Numbered from the stretch's first letter, positions 9,428 through 20,250 are shown. The stretch: 64,000 nucleotides of DNA from an uncultured Candidatus Saccharibacteria bacterium (GCA_964602665.1 CAZRRH010000002.1:62171-126170); one strand, 5' to 3'. Numbers and translations: made by a program. The notes: generated by a model not told the origin, from the sequence alone.

Positions 9428-10910
9428 GCTTTAATTTAATATCTCCATCTAAGCCTAATTCCTCATTCTTTTTGTCTATATATTCTTTATCATCTTCGTA
9501 AATAGATCCATCATCATAATTTTTCTCTGGTTCTTTAGTAAAGGTTTTATTCTTTGGATCATATTTATAAGTGTAAGTTGTTTTATCTTCATCTTCATCT
9601 GCATCTTTTTGATAATAAAATTCTATATCGATCTCTGGATAATCTGTAATATTAAAATAAATGCAGTTATTATCTATTTCTCTAGCTACGCTATAAGATG
9701 CTTTTCCATCCAGATCTGTGACTAAATAATCATTTTTTTCTTCTATTAATATCTCTTTATTAAGGATCTCAATGTAGTAAATATAATCTGATTTATTCCA
9801 AGACCTTATGACTTTTGTCTCTCCCGTTTTAAGATCTTGTTTTTTTAAATTTAGATAAATATGACTAAAATAGCCTTCTTGATTGTCATATTTGCAATTG
9901 GATGAACAGTAAAAAGATATATCTGAAGTATATAAATAGACAGTGTTGTTTTCTTCTACTAGACCAAGCATTAATGTAGATGTCGCAGTTAACAGATCTT
10001 TGTCTCCAGTAAATCTTGGAGCCTCATTACCTGGGTAGATAAACTTTGCCAACTCAGTTTTTGCTCCAGATGAAAGATTTATTGTTATAACTGATTCTGT
10101 AATAAGCATTTCAGGAGAATTTTCATAATGTCCAAGAGTTACATCTATGTATGCGACATTATTTATTATTGATATTTTATCACTAATAATGAAATAACTA
10201 TCGGAATCTTCAAGACTTGTTAGAAGAATGGTATGTTTTGGAGTTGTGGATTTTTGATTTAGATCAAAAATATAGAGATTAACATTGCAAGGATTGCTGT
10301 TTTCATCCTGATAATTATAACTAAAAGCATATGGCCAAGCAAATAAGGTGTCTTGAACAATTTTAAACTCAACTTTTGTATATGAACTGGTGAGACAATT
10401 TGAATCGTTTTTAATAATGCTTGTTTTATTGGCAAAAAGTTCAAGGGTCTTTGTTTCTAAATTGTATCGAAATATCGAGCCATCTTTTACAAAATACAGG
10501 AAATCTTTATGGACATAAACATTTTTTAGGTAAGAATCATAAAAATAGTACTTATAAGACTGTTCTCCAATTGTATTTACTATTTCTTGATTTTCATCAT
10601 CAAAGATAACTAGCTCTGGTGATGTAAATTCATTTATTATGTCATAAGTTAGACTGTAATCTTTTGTACCCTCATCTTCTATCTTTTGCGTAGAAACGGG
10701 TGGAGTATAAGGGACTGTATCATCGCAACATTTCGATGCAACTTTGGGCGATACCAAAGCTTTTACATTATTGATAAATGCGTCAAGGAACAATATCCCG
10801 GCAAAGCCATAAATAAAGCAGTATATAGATACTGATAGAACGATAAAAAGCTGCATTAATAAACTGTTTGCCCTTAATGCAGAAAAGAGTGTTTTATTAT
10901 TTTTTTTCAT
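9387..10910 (-). CDS. Hypothetical membrane-anchored extracellular protein (possible beta-propeller)
   Basis: 507 aa; N-terminal TM; Tyr/Asp-rich beta-strand-like repeats; TATAAT 6 nt before ATG. Confidence 0.7.
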   Translation of the reverse strand: MKKNNKTLFSALRANSLLMQLFIVLSVSIYCFIYGFAGILFLDAFINNVKALVSPKVASKCCDDTVPYTPPVSTQKIEDEGTKDYSLTYDIINEFTSPELVIFDDENQEIVNTIGEQSYKYYFYDSYLKNVYVHKDFLYFVKDGSIFRYNLETKTLELFANKTSIIKNDSNCLTSSYTKVEFKIVQDTLFAWPYAFSYNYQDENSNPCNVNLYIFDLNQKSTTPKHTILLTSLEDSDSYFIISDKISIINNVAYIDVTLGHYENSPEMLITESVITINLSSGAKTELAKFIYPGNEAPRFTGDKDLLTATSTLMLGLVEENNTVYLYTSDISFYCSSNCKYDNQEGYFSHIYLNLKKQDLKTGETKVIRSWNKSDYIYYIEILNKEILIEEKNDYLVTDLDGKASYSVAREIDNNCIYFNITDYPEIDIEFYYQKDADEDEDKTTYTYKYDPKNKTFTKEPEKNYDDGSIYEDDKEYIDKKNEELGLDGDIKLKLIFRTQDYYDSQY

Positions 10911-11057
10911 AAATACATTATATAAAAATTAACTAACTATTACAACGATATAATATCTAAAAAGTAACAAAATGTACTTTTGACAATGAAAAAGAGCATT
11001 GCAAATCATGATGAAAATATGTTAATATATATAGTGATAAAATAATCATAAAAAGCT

Positions 11058-13487
11058 ATGCCAGAACAAATAAATATAATGGATTACTTCTCGCAAAGAG
11101 CAAGTAATTCGCTACAAAAATCAGCAGAAATCGCAGTAAATGCCGGAAGTAATAAAATCGATACTGAGCATTTGCTTGCAGGAGTTCTTTCTGAAGATGA
11201 GGTCGTTAAAAGAGTCATAAAAGAGCTCAAGCTTGATATAGAACTTTTACAAAAGCAGCTGTCTGAATATATTGGTGAGGACGAGGATAGGGAAATCTCG
11301 TATGAACAAACACCGACGCTATCTCCTAGAGTAAAACAAGTTTTGCAACAATCTTTTATGGAATCTCGCAACTTAGGTCATAACTATATTGGAGGTGAAC
11401 ATATACTTTTGGGACTAATATCTGAAGGAGAAGGATTGGCTTCACAACTTTTTGTTAAATATGGTGTTGATTATAATCAAGCACGGCAAGCTGTTGTTAA
11501 AGTCGTCGGAGAGGGTGATGAAAAGGGTGAGAAAATAACCGAAAAATCAGAAACGCCAAATTTAGACAAATACTCTCGTGACCTAACACAATTGGCGTAT
11601 GATGGCAAAATTGATCCGATAATAGGTAGAGCTGATGAGATAACTCGGGTTATACAAATACTATCGCGTCGTAAGAAAAACAATCCTGTGTTAATTGGAG
11701 AACCTGGAGTTGGTAAAACAGCTATTGCAGAAGGGTTGGCTTATAGGATATCAAAAAATAATGTCCCAGATATCCTAAGAGATAAAAGAGTAAAAGAGCT
11801 TGATGTCGCGTTATTAGTCGCAGGTGCTAAATTTAGAGGTGAATTTGAAGAACGCGCAAAGAAGGTTATAAAAGAGCTACAGTCCACAGGTGGACAGATA
11901 ATTCTTTTTATAGATGAGTTACACACAATTGTTGGATCGGGTGCATCAGAAGGACAAATGGATCTTTCTAATATGTTAAAACCTGCTCTTGCTCGTGGAG
12001 AGCTCAAAGTAATTGGCGCAACAACTTTAAACGAATACAAGAAATATATAGAGAAAGATTCTGCTTTGGAGCGACGATTTCAGCCTGTACTTGTTAATGA
12101 GCCAACAGTTGATCAGACAATAGATATTCTCAAAGGACTTCGGGATAAATATGAAGCTCATCATAAGGTAAAAATAACTGACGAGGCAATTGTTAGTGCC
12201 TCAATTATGTCTGATAGATACATAAAAGATAGATTTCTTCCAGATAAGGCAATTGATTTGATAGATGAGTCTGCAAGCAAGGTTCGTATTGAGTCTTCAC
12301 TTGTTCCCGATGAGATCGCAACTTTACAAGACGAGATTGAGAAGCTTGAGAAAGAGAGAGAAGCTTACAGCAGGGCGGGTGAGCATGAGAAAGGCGCTCA
12401 ATTAAAAGTGCAAATCGAGAAATTAAAAAGTCAATTACAACCGCTTAACGACCAGTGGAGCAAGAAAAAAGGGACGGGTACTCCAACAGTAACAGCAGAT
12501 TCAATTGCGGATTTAATATCATTACAAACAGGGATACCAGTTAGCCAGCTAAAATCAGAGGATAAAGAGAGACTTTTGCACTTAGAGGAAGAATTACATA
12601 AAAAAGTTGTTGGTCAGGATGAAGCAGTTAAGGCCGTGTCTGAGGCTGTACGCAGAGCAAGAGTTGGCCTTAAAGATCCTAATAGACCAATAGGCTCATT
12701 TTTGTTTATGGGGCCAACAGGAGTAGGCAAAACATTGTTAGCTAAAACGCTTGCTTGGCAAATATTTGGTGATGAAGAAGCAATGATTAGGCTTGACATG
12801 AGCGAATATATGGAGAAATTTGCAGTAAGCAGAATGGTTGGGTCTCCTCCTGGTTATGTTGGATACGAGGAAGGAGGTCAGCTTACAGAAGCAGTACGAA
12901 GACAACCATATAGTGTTATTTTGCTAGATGAGATAGAGAAAGCTCACAGTGATGTTTTTAATATTTTGCTTCAAATTTTGGACGACGGGCGTCTTACTGA
13001 TGCTAAGGGGAGAACTGTTGATTTTAGAAATACAATTATAATCGCAACTAGTAATATAGGTTCTGATTTGATTATGGACTCCCTAAAAGGAGGCAAAGAT
13101 CCTGATTGGGATAGGCTCAAAGAAAAGATGATTGACAGATTAAAAAGTCATTTCCGACCAGAATTTTTGAATAGACTTGACGATGTTGTTATCTTTAGAA
13201 AGTTAGAAAAAGCTCAGATAAGAGAAGTCGCTAAAATTTTAATTGATGAAGTGGTTAGAATGCTTAAGGCACAAGGTTTTGAGCTAATTGTTACAGATGC
13301 TGTTCTTGATCATTTGGCTGATATTGGATACGATCCTGAATTTGGTGCAAGGCCAATGAGAAGAGTAATACAAGAGAGTATTGAAAATAAATTAGCTGAT
13401 GGATTGCTTAAGGGAGATTTTAAGACGGGACAGAAGATTACTGTGGATTTTAAAGAGGGGAAGGTTCTTTTAAATTCTAAATTTTAA
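11058..13487 (+). CDS. clpC: ATP-dependent Clp protease ATP-binding subunit (ClpC-like)
   Basis: Two Clp-N repeats; Walker A motifs GEPGVGKT and GPTGVGKT; short coiled-coil middle domain; [10 protein letters not shown] and [11 protein letters not shown]. Confidence 0.9.
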   Translation: MPEQINIMDYFSQRASNSLQKSAEIAVNAGSNKIDTEHLLAGVLSEDEVVKRVIKELKLDIELLQKQLSEYIGEDEDREISYEQTPTLSPRVKQVLQQSFMESRNLGHNYIGGEHILLGLISEGEGLASQLFVKYGVDYNQARQAVVKVVGEGDEKGEKITEKSETPNLDKYSRDLTQLAYDGKIDPIIGRADEITRVIQILSRRKKNNPVLIGEPGVGKTAIAEGLAYRISKNNVPDILRDKRVKELDVALLVAGAKFRGEFEERAKKVIKELQSTGGQIILFIDELHTIVGSGASEGQMDLSNMLKPALARGELKVIGATTLNEYKKYIEKDSALERRFQPVLVNEPTVDQTIDILKGLRDKYEAHHKVKITDEAIVSASIMSDRYIKDRFLPDKAIDLIDESASKVRIESSLVPDEIATLQDEIEKLEKEREAYSRAGEHEKGAQLKVQIEKLKSQLQPLNDQWSKKKGTGTPTVTADSIADLISLQTGIPVSQLKSEDKERLLHLEEELHKKVVGQDEAVKAVSEAVRRARVGLKDPNRPIGSFLFMGPTGVGKTLLAKTLAWQIFGDEEAMIRLDMSEYMEKFAVSRMVGSPPGYVGYEEGGQLTEAVRRQPYSVILLDEIEKAHSDVFNILLQILDDGRLTDAKGRTVDFRNTIIIATSNIGSDLIMDSLKGGKDPDWDRLKEKMIDRLKSHFRPEFLNRLDDVVIFRKLEKAQIREVAKILIDEVVRMLKAQGFELIVTDAVLDHLADIGYDPEFGARPMRRVIQESIENKLADGLLKGDFKTGQKITVDFKEGKVLLNSKF

Positions 13488-13546
13488 ATTCTAGATTTTG
13501 AATTCTAGATTTTGAATTCTAGATTTTGAATTCTAGATTTTGAATT
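13473..13546 (+). repeat. Tandem 14-bp repeat (AATTCTAGATTTTG x4 plus one degenerate copy), built from 7-bp units
   Basis: Exact units at 13487, 13501, 13515, 13529; degenerate AATTCTAAATTTTA at 13473 overlaps the clpC stop. Confidence 0.95.
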
Positions 13547-13561
13547 AGTAGAATGGTTTGG

Positions 13562-13590
13562 TTGCATTTATGCTTTAAATAAGATAAAAT
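13562..13590 (+). promoter_or_regulatory. Sigma70-type promoter of proS (leaderless geometry)
   Basis: TTGCAT-17 bp-TAAAAT, ending 6 nt before the ATG at 13597. Confidence 0.6.
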
Positions 13591-13596
13591 AATGAC

Positions 13597-15015
13597 ATGC
13601 AGAAAATAACAAAACAGAGCGAGAATTTTGCTAAGTGGTACCAAGATGTTGTGGCTTTTGCAGATCTTGCAGAGAGTTCTGAGGTCAGGGGCTGTGGTAT
13701 TATTAAACCTTATGGGCTCAAAATATGGGAATTGATAAAACAGAATCTTGCTAATAGAATTGAGGCTACTGGCGCACAAAATGTTTATTTCCCAATATTT
13801 ATACCTCTTGCTAATCTAGAGACAGAAAAAGAGCATGTAGAAGGATTTGCTCCTGAACTTGCTGTTGTAACACATGGAGGAGGGCAGGAGCTTACGGAGA
13901 AATTGACTGTCAGGCCAACAAGTGAAACAGGAATGTATAAAGCTTATGCTAAGTGGATTTCTAGCTATCGTGATCTTCCTTTAAGGCTAAATCAGTGGAA
14001 TAATGTTGTTAGGTGGGAGAAAAGGCCAAGGGCCTTTCTTAGATGGAGTGAATTTTTATGGCAGGAGGGACATACTGTTTTTGAGACGAAAGAAGAAGCG
14101 ATTGATGAAATGTGGCAAATGCTTGGAATATATGAGCAAGTTTACAAAGATTTGGCAATTCCTGTATTTAAAGGTAAAAAATCAGAGAAAGAAAAATTCG
14201 CAGGGGCTGATATAACAACTACAGTCGAGGTAATGGCTAAAGACGGGAAAGCAATACAAGGTGCAACAAGTCATCATCTCGGGCAGAATTTCTCAAAAGT
14301 TTTTGACATCAAATTTGCCGGAAAAGATGGTAAAGAGCATTTTCCATATCAAAACAGTTGGGGATTTACATGGAGGTCTGTTGGAGCTGTGATAATGGCT
14401 CATGGCGACGATTTTGGTCTAAAGTTACCCCCTAATGTCGCACCAATTCAGGTTGTCATAGTCCCTGTTATCAATAATGAAAAAATCGCTGTTTTGGATT
14501 CTGCTAAAAAGCTTGTAAAAGAATTAACAGATCTTGGATTAAGAGTAAAATTAGATGATCGAGAAGATCAAACAATTGGATACAAGTTTAATGAATGGGA
14601 GTTAAAAGGAGTTCCATTACGCATTACAATTGGTTCAAATGAGCTTAAAAATGGCGAATTTGAGCTATTTAGACGCGACAAGATGAGTAAAGAGTTTGCA
14701 AAAGCTGATTCTATTGGAGATTACATTGTAAAAAAGCTCATTAAGATTCAAGAAGATATGTATAAGGAAGCCAAGGAATTTGCCGATTCTCATGTTTATA
14801 CTATTAACAACTTAGAAGAAATAGATGAAAGAAAAGGATTCTTCCGTGCTAGCTGGTGTGAAAGTAAGGACTCTGAAAATTTACTCAAGGAGAAATATAA
14901 AATGGTGTCTCGAGTATTGCCTGTTGAGTGGGAAAAGCTACCTCCAACAAATAAAAAATGTTTTATCACTGGCCAAGAAGCAAAACACGACTGGCTTTTT
15001 GCAAAAAGTTACTAA
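13597..15015 (+). CDS. proS: Proline--tRNA ligase (archaeal/eukaryote/Thermus type)
   Basis: VRPTSET, NQWNNVVRWE, FLRWSEFLWQEGHT, QGATSHHLGQNF, C-terminal FAKSY. Confidence 0.97.
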   Translation: MQKITKQSENFAKWYQDVVAFADLAESSEVRGCGIIKPYGLKIWELIKQNLANRIEATGAQNVYFPIFIPLANLETEKEHVEGFAPELAVVTHGGGQELTEKLTVRPTSETGMYKAYAKWISSYRDLPLRLNQWNNVVRWEKRPRAFLRWSEFLWQEGHTVFETKEEAIDEMWQMLGIYEQVYKDLAIPVFKGKKSEKEKFAGADITTTVEVMAKDGKAIQGATSHHLGQNFSKVFDIKFAGKDGKEHFPYQNSWGFTWRSVGAVIMAHGDDFGLKLPPNVAPIQVVIVPVINNEKIAVLDSAKKLVKELTDLGLRVKLDDREDQTIGYKFNEWELKGVPLRITIGSNELKNGEFELFRRDKMSKEFAKADSIGDYIVKKLIKIQEDMYKEAKEFADSHVYTINNLEEIDERKGFFRASWCESKDSENLLKEKYKMVSRVLPVEWEKLPPTNKKCFITGQEAKHDWLFAKSY

Positions 15016-15043
15016 TATCGTCCATAAAACGAGAAAAGTAAAA

Positions 15044-15076
15044 TTCACGCAGATTTCACATAGGTTAGATTATAAT
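15044..15076 (+). promoter_or_regulatory. Putative OmpR/PhoB-type direct-repeat box plus -10 element
   Basis: TTCAC at 15044 and 15055 (11-bp period) in the -35 region; TATAAT at 15071-15076; upstream of a two-component operon. Confidence 0.5.
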
Positions 15077-15125
15077 TCGAAGCATAAGGTTGGCCACCAT
15101 AAATATTTAAATTTTTATTAAAAAT

Positions 15126-15602
15126 ATGATGAATAAAAAAATTATGGCTGTTGTAGGAGTAGTTGCTTTATCTGGCGCTGCTACTTATGGTTTATTAAAA
15201 GCCGATCCTGTAATTGCACAGGAAACAGATACAAATGTCCCAACCTGCGTATCAGAATTTATGCAGGAACAAAAGGCGCAAATTGATCAAAAGATCGAGG
15301 AAGCTTTAAGTGAGGGTAAAATAACTCAGAAACAGTACGATATAATTACTGCAATGAGAGATATTATGCCCGATTTAGGCAAGAATAGGGGTAATATGGA
15401 AGACATTGATCCCAATACAACTGTTGGACAACTTCATGAGCAAAGACAGCAAGAAATTGTTTCTGCACTCAAAGAAAAAGGTATAGAAGTTACCATGCAG
15501 GAGCTTGAGGATCTTAGAGAATTAAGAGAGGATCTAGGCCTAAAGGGCCCTATGGGAAGAGGTGGAAAAGGCAGAATGAGAGCAAATCAGTCTGCTGAGT
15601 AA
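15126..15602 (+). CDS. Secreted helical hypothetical protein co-located with two-component system
   Basis: Signal peptide; motif IEEALSEGKITQKQYD; Gly/Met/Arg-rich tail. Confidence 0.75.
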   Translation: MMNKKIMAVVGVVALSGAATYGLLKADPVIAQETDTNVPTCVSEFMQEQKAQIDQKIEEALSEGKITQKQYDIITAMRDIMPDLGKNRGNMEDIDPNTTVGQLHEQRQQEIVSALKEKGIEVTMQELEDLRELREDLGLKGPMGRGGKGRMRANQSAE

Positions 15603-15615
15603 TTAAATTTTTAGA

Positions 15616-15645
15616 TGTTCTCCCATCGTAAATGATGGGAGAACA
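15616..15645 (+). promoter_or_regulatory. Perfect 12-bp inverted repeat before response regulator
   Basis: TGTTCTCCCATC-GTAAAT-GATGGGAGAACA; 3' arm contains GGGAG. Confidence 0.6.
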
Positions 15646-15652
15646 GAAAAAT

Positions 15653-16312
15653 ATGAGAATATTAGTTGTGGAAGACGAAAAAGACATATTAGATCCTATC
15701 GTAAAATTTTTGCAGTATAATAAATATGCTGTTGATGGCGTTATGGATGGTAAAACTGCTCTTGAACAAGCAAAAGTTAATAAATACGACTGTATCTTAC
15801 TAGATCTAAACTTACCTGAGATTGACGGCTTATCAGTTGCAAAGGAGCTAAGAGAAGAGAAAATCGATACTCCGATTATTATGCTTACAGCTAGAGGATC
15901 TTTGGGTGATAAACTGGTTGGATTTGAAACAGGAGCAGATGATTATATTGTCAAGCCTTTTGATTTTAATGAATTGATAATGAGGATTAATGCAGTAATT
16001 CGTCGTACTAGTGTAGTCAAAAAAGATGTTCTAAAATGCTGTGATATAGAGCTAGATACAATTAATAAAACAGTAAAAAAAGGGACAGAACACATAATAC
16101 TTGGTAGTAAAGAGTACGGTATTTTGGAGTATCTTTTGAGAAATAAGGGAAGATTTATAAGCGCAGAGGAGCTTTTAGAAAAAGTTTGGGATGAGCAGGT
16201 CAATATTTTTACGCAGACGGTTAGAGCTAATATCAAGACCTTGCGTAAAAAGATAGATAAGAATAAACAAATAATCAAAAATGAAAGAGGAAAAGGGTAT
16301 ATCATTTATTAA
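15653..16312 (+). CDS. OmpR/PhoB-family response regulator
   Basis: MRILVVEDE, LLDLNLP, GADDYIVKPF, C-terminal winged helix ending RGKGY; alternative start at 15632. Confidence 0.95.
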   Translation: MRILVVEDEKDILDPIVKFLQYNKYAVDGVMDGKTALEQAKVNKYDCILLDLNLPEIDGLSVAKELREEKIDTPIIMLTARGSLGDKLVGFETGADDYIVKPFDFNELIMRINAVIRRTSVVKKDVLKCCDIELDTINKTVKKGTEHIILGSKEYGILEYLLRNKGRFISAEELLEKVWDEQVNIFTQTVRANIKTLRKKIDKNKQIIKNERGKGYIIY

Positions 16313-17405
16313 AAAAATTCCGCTGAGATGGAAGTTCACACTGTTATATTCGGGGATACTTTTTGCACTAATAATGATTTTTTCAATATCAATGAATTTG
16401 GCAATAAAGAATCATTTTGAGAGAACAGCCCTACTTCAACCAATAAGAAAAAATTCTTACTCAACACAGATAAGAGAGCAGATACAGGAGCAAATGAAAG
16501 AAAATAGAGCACAGGATTTGGAAAAAATCCAAGAGTTTACTTTAATAAGTATTCTTCCTACTATTTTTGTAAGCTTGATGTTTGGATACTATATTTCTGG
16601 ACAATTTTTGTCACCATTGAATAAATTGAGTAGAAAAATAGGTGAATTAACACAAAATAATCTTGGGCAGACAATTCCAATTGAAACAAACGACGAGATT
16701 GCTCTTATAACAAGCAGTTTTAATCAGATGTCGATAAGGCTTAAAAAACAGTTTGATTTGCAAGAAGAGTTTATACAAAACGCTTCACACGATATCCGCA
16801 CACCGATATCTATAATACAAGCCAATTTATCATCTGTATCTCTAATAAAGAATGCTAAGCAATCGGATTATAAAGAAGCGATTGATAAATCTCTTAAAAG
16901 TATAGAAAGATTAAATACGCTAACAGATTCTATCCTTAACTTATATGAGGCAAAAAAGCTTATAAAAACAGATGTCAATTTAAACGATTTAGTTAATGAC
17001 CAGATATTATTACTTAAAGATTATGCAAAAGAAAAAGGCGTTAAAATAATAAAAAAGTTTGATGAAAAAAGGAATGTTAGGATTGATAAACTCAAGATAG
17101 GGCGAGCGATTTACAATATAATTCATAATGCTATAAAATTTTCTTCTTCTAGTAAGAAAGCCTCTGTTATTATTACAATTAAGAGAGACAGAATTTCTAT
17201 AAAAGATAATGGTATTGGAATACCTAAAGATAAGACATGTAAAATTTTTGATAGATTTTATCGGGTTGATAAGGCAAGAAGCGGTAAAATAGCTGGGAAT
17301 GGACTTGGTTTGGCAATTGCCAAAGATATCATTGAAGCTCACAACGGAAAAATAGAGTGTATAAGTAACGTAGGTGAGGGAAGCGAGTTTGTGATATTTA
17401 TATAA
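16281..17405 (+). CDS. HAMP-containing sensor histidine kinase
   Basis: Two TMs, HAMP, H-box ASHDIRTP, N-box NAIKF, DNGIGI, GNGLGLAI. Confidence 0.95.
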   Translation: MKEEKGISFIKKIPLRWKFTLLYSGILFALIMIFSISMNLAIKNHFERTALLQPIRKNSYSTQIREQIQEQMKENRAQDLEKIQEFTLISILPTIFVSLMFGYYISGQFLSPLNKLSRKIGELTQNNLGQTIPIETNDEIALITSSFNQMSIRLKKQFDLQEEFIQNASHDIRTPISIIQANLSSVSLIKNAKQSDYKEAIDKSLKSIERLNTLTDSILNLYEAKKLIKTDVNLNDLVNDQILLLKDYAKEKGVKIIKKFDEKRNVRIDKLKIGRAIYNIIHNAIKFSSSSKKASVIITIKRDRISIKDNGIGIPKDKTCKIFDRFYRVDKARSGKIAGNGLGLAIAKDIIEAHNGKIECISNVGEGSEFVIFI

Positions 17406-19125
17406 CCTCCGTAAGATCTGTTCCGTTCATACAATCTGGGGCTTTGACCCCAAGAAGTGATAATATCGTTGGTGCAACATCTGCAAGAATCGAAGTAGCT
17501 CCGTTTATATCTGGTCTTAATCCAATTTTATAGATTCGATCAGATGAGTTTTTCTCTACTTGAGAAATATCGTCAACAACAATAAAAGGAACAGGATTAT
17601 TTGTATGAGAAGTGTTTGGTTTATGAGTATATTGATCAATCATAACCTCGCAATTGCCATGATCTCCAACAATTAAGACTATGCCACCTTTTTTTATCGC
17701 TAGACTACAAACTTTTTGGACACATTTGTCGGTAAATTCAACGGCTTTAATTGTGGCATTATAGTCGCCTGTATGACCTACCATATCAGGGTTTGCATAA
17801 TTAATAAGCATAAAAGAGTAGTAATCAGCCGTATGGGCCTCCAACTCTTTTAAGACTTGATCTGTAACTGCTTGTGCACTCATCTCTGGTTTTTTTGAGT
17901 AATCAGGGTCAAAAGGTGATGGAATATTATAAAATTTCTCTTTGTTATGTTTCTCTTTTCGTCCTCCATTAAAAAAATATGTCACATGAGCTGTTTTTTC
18001 TGTCTCACTTATGTGAATTTGACCCCAACCTTGGCTAGCGATAACATCCGCAAGGGTTGTTTCAATTTTATGAGGTTCAAACATGTTTTTTGTTCCTAAA
18101 TCTCTTTCATATGAAGTCATTGTTACGATGTGGAGATTTTTTGGGGAGGAGATTTTTGGTAATATCGAAAATTTTTCATCTGCAAATACCCTTGTTATTT
18201 GTCGTGCTCTATCTTCTCTGAAATTAAAGAAAAAGAGTATATCATTATCTTTTATACTGCCAACTGGATTATTATTCTTGTCAACCATGGTCGTTGGTGT
18301 AAAAAACTCGTCTTTTTCACCGTTTTTATATGTCGATTGTAAAAGTACAAATGGATCAGTTGCAAACCTTTCGCCTTTGCCAATCATGCAATTATATGCA
18401 GCAATGGTTTTGTGCCATCTCTCATCTCTATCCATAGAAAATCTCCTTCCCGAGAGTGAAGCCAAGTGCCCGCATTTGCTTTGGCGCATAAATCTCATTA
18501 GATGGCTAAGATAAAGGTATCCATCCATATTTGGAGTGTCTTGACCGTCAAGAAAGCCATGAATGTAAGGATCTATTTTATTAGCTTTGCAAATCTTTAT
18601 TAGCTCAAAAAGATGGTCAATATGCCCATGAACACCTCCTGCGCTAATTATTCCAATTAAATGAAAATTGGTTTTTCTTTTTTTTGCGAGAGAAATAGCT
18701 TCTTTTAATGCCGGGATGTCTTTAAACGTGCCCTTTTCAATCGCATCGTTGATTTTTGGAAGGCTTTGTTGAACAATTTGTCCTGCTCCAAGATTAAGAT
18801 GGCCAACCTCACTGTTGCCGGGCTCATTTAAAGGCAGTCCGACATCTACACCGCTTGCTTTCATGAGTGTACTACGCCCTTTGCTCCACACAGTATCTAA
18901 GAAAGGTGTTTTTGCATTGTAAGTAGCATCTCCGTATGTTTCATCCGCACTAACTCCTAAAAACTCATCAAGCTTATTTTTTTTCTTTTTCTTAAGCTCT
19001 CTTGGGACAATGCCAAGACCATCAAGAACTATAAGAATAATTAAATCTGTCTTGCGAGCTTGTGTGTCGGGGATTTCTTTTATCTTATCGTCTTTTTTGA
19101 ATATAGAAAGTAGCTTTTTTATCAT
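17398..19125 (-). CDS. gpmI: 2,3-bisphosphoglycerate-independent phosphoglycerate mutase
   Basis: VLDGLG, GNSEVGH, GGVHGH, MDRD, NFREDRARQ, ETEK, NPDMVGHTG, DHGN. Confidence 0.96.
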   Translation of the reverse strand: MIKKLLSIFKKDDKIKEIPDTQARKTDLIILIVLDGLGIVPRELKKKKKNKLDEFLGVSADETYGDATYNAKTPFLDTVWSKGRSTLMKASGVDVGLPLNEPGNSEVGHLNLGAGQIVQQSLPKINDAIEKGTFKDIPALKEAISLAKKRKTNFHLIGIISAGGVHGHIDHLFELIKICKANKIDPYIHGFLDGQDTPNMDGYLYLSHLMRFMRQSKCGHLASLSGRRFSMDRDERWHKTIAAYNCMIGKGERFATDPFVLLQSTYKNGEKDEFFTPTTMVDKNNNPVGSIKDNDILFFFNFREDRARQITRVFADEKFSILPKISSPKNLHIVTMTSYERDLGTKNMFEPHKIETTLADVIASQGWGQIHISETEKTAHVTYFFNGGRKEKHNKEKFYNIPSPFDPDYSKKPEMSAQAVTDQVLKELEAHTADYYSFMLINYANPDMVGHTGDYNATIKAVEFTDKCVQKVCSLAIKKGGIVLIVGDHGNCEVMIDQYTHKPNTSHTNNPVPFIVVDDISQVEKNSSDRIYKIGLRPDINGATSILADVAPTILSLLGVKAPDCMNGTDLTEVI

Positions 19126-19146
19126 AATCTGATATAATTATACACT

Positions 19147-20235
19147 ATGGAAGAAATAAGTAAAGAAAAACTATCAAAATTACGAGAGCAAATATATGAT
19201 ACTATAAAAAAGATAAAGATAGACGAGAAAAGAAGCAAAATAGAGGAACTAAAAACTCTTAGTACTGCAGGGAATTTTTGGCAAGATAATGATAAAGCTC
19301 AGAAAACACTTAAAGAACTTAGTTCTTTGCAATCGCTGGTTGACGAGGCTCAAGGCATTTTAAAAAGCATTGACGGATTGACAGAATTTTATGATGAGGG
19401 AGGAATTGACGAAAAATTTATTATTGAACAGTATAATCAAATAGAATCAGATTATAATAACATTTCTAAATATCTCTTCTTGTCTGGTAAATATGATAAT
19501 TTAGGTGTAATAATGAGTATACATGCTGGACAAGGCGGCACAGAGGCTTGTGACTGGGCTATGATGCTTATGCGTATGTATACAAGATATTTTGATAGGA
19601 AAGGTTGGAGTTACAAAGTTGAACACATTGTTAGAAATATTGAGGCGGGAATTTCTACAGCAACAATGGTTATTGAAGGAGAGTATGCTTATGGACTTCT
19701 CAAAAACGAGCATGGGACACACCGCCTTGTAAGACTTTCGCCATTTAATGCACAGAACCTGAGGCAGACATCATTTGCTGGCGTTGATGTGATACCACTT
19801 ATTGAGGATACTGAAGATGAATTGATAATTCCTGATACTGATATAGAATTTAAGGCCGTTAGAGCAAGTGGTCCTGGTGGCCAATGTGTCAATACAACAT
19901 CGTCAGCTGTCCAAATTAAGCATATTCCCACAGGCATAACGGTACACTGCTCGCAGGAAAGAAGTCAGCTCCAAAATCGTCAAACAGCTATGCGTATTTT
20001 ACGTGCCAAACTTATTAAACTTGAGGATGAGAGGAAGGATACTGAATTAACAAAAATTAAGGGAGAGACGAAGAAAGCAAGCTGGGGCAATCAAGTTAGA
20101 AATTATATTCTTCAACCTTACAAATTAGTCAAAGATTTGCGTACGGGTGTAGAAAGTTTTAACCCTGATGCTGTTTTAGATGGTGAAATAGATCAATTTA
20201 TAGATGCGGGGATAAAACTGGTTGACATATCGTAG
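19147..20235 (+). CDS. prfB: Peptide chain release factor 2 (uninterrupted ORF)
   Basis: GQGGTEACDW, RLSPF, GPGGQ, SWGNQVRNY. Confidence 0.96.
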   Translation: MEEISKEKLSKLREQIYDTIKKIKIDEKRSKIEELKTLSTAGNFWQDNDKAQKTLKELSSLQSLVDEAQGILKSIDGLTEFYDEGGIDEKFIIEQYNQIESDYNNISKYLFLSGKYDNLGVIMSIHAGQGGTEACDWAMMLMRMYTRYFDRKGWSYKVEHIVRNIEAGISTATMVIEGEYAYGLLKNEHGTHRLVRLSPFNAQNLRQTSFAGVDVIPLIEDTEDELIIPDTDIEFKAVRASGPGGQCVNTTSSAVQIKHIPTGITVHCSQERSQLQNRQTAMRILRAKLIKLEDERKDTELTKIKGETKKASWGNQVRNYILQPYKLVKDLRTGVESFNPDAVLDGEIDQFIDAGIKLVDIS

Positions 20236-20250
20236 CAAATTTTGTATAAA
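20222..20250 (+). promoter_or_regulatory. Sigma70-type promoter of ftsE (leaderless geometry)
   Basis: TTGACA-17 bp-TATAAA, ending 6 nt before the ATG at 20257. Confidence 0.6.

Noticed and set aside
10911-11057. CIRCE or CtsR box upstream of clpC
   Set aside because: Neither consensus was recognisable.
13487-13546. Tandem repeat as a CRISPR array
   Set aside because: 14-bp units are contiguous with no spacers, and there are no cas genes in the window.
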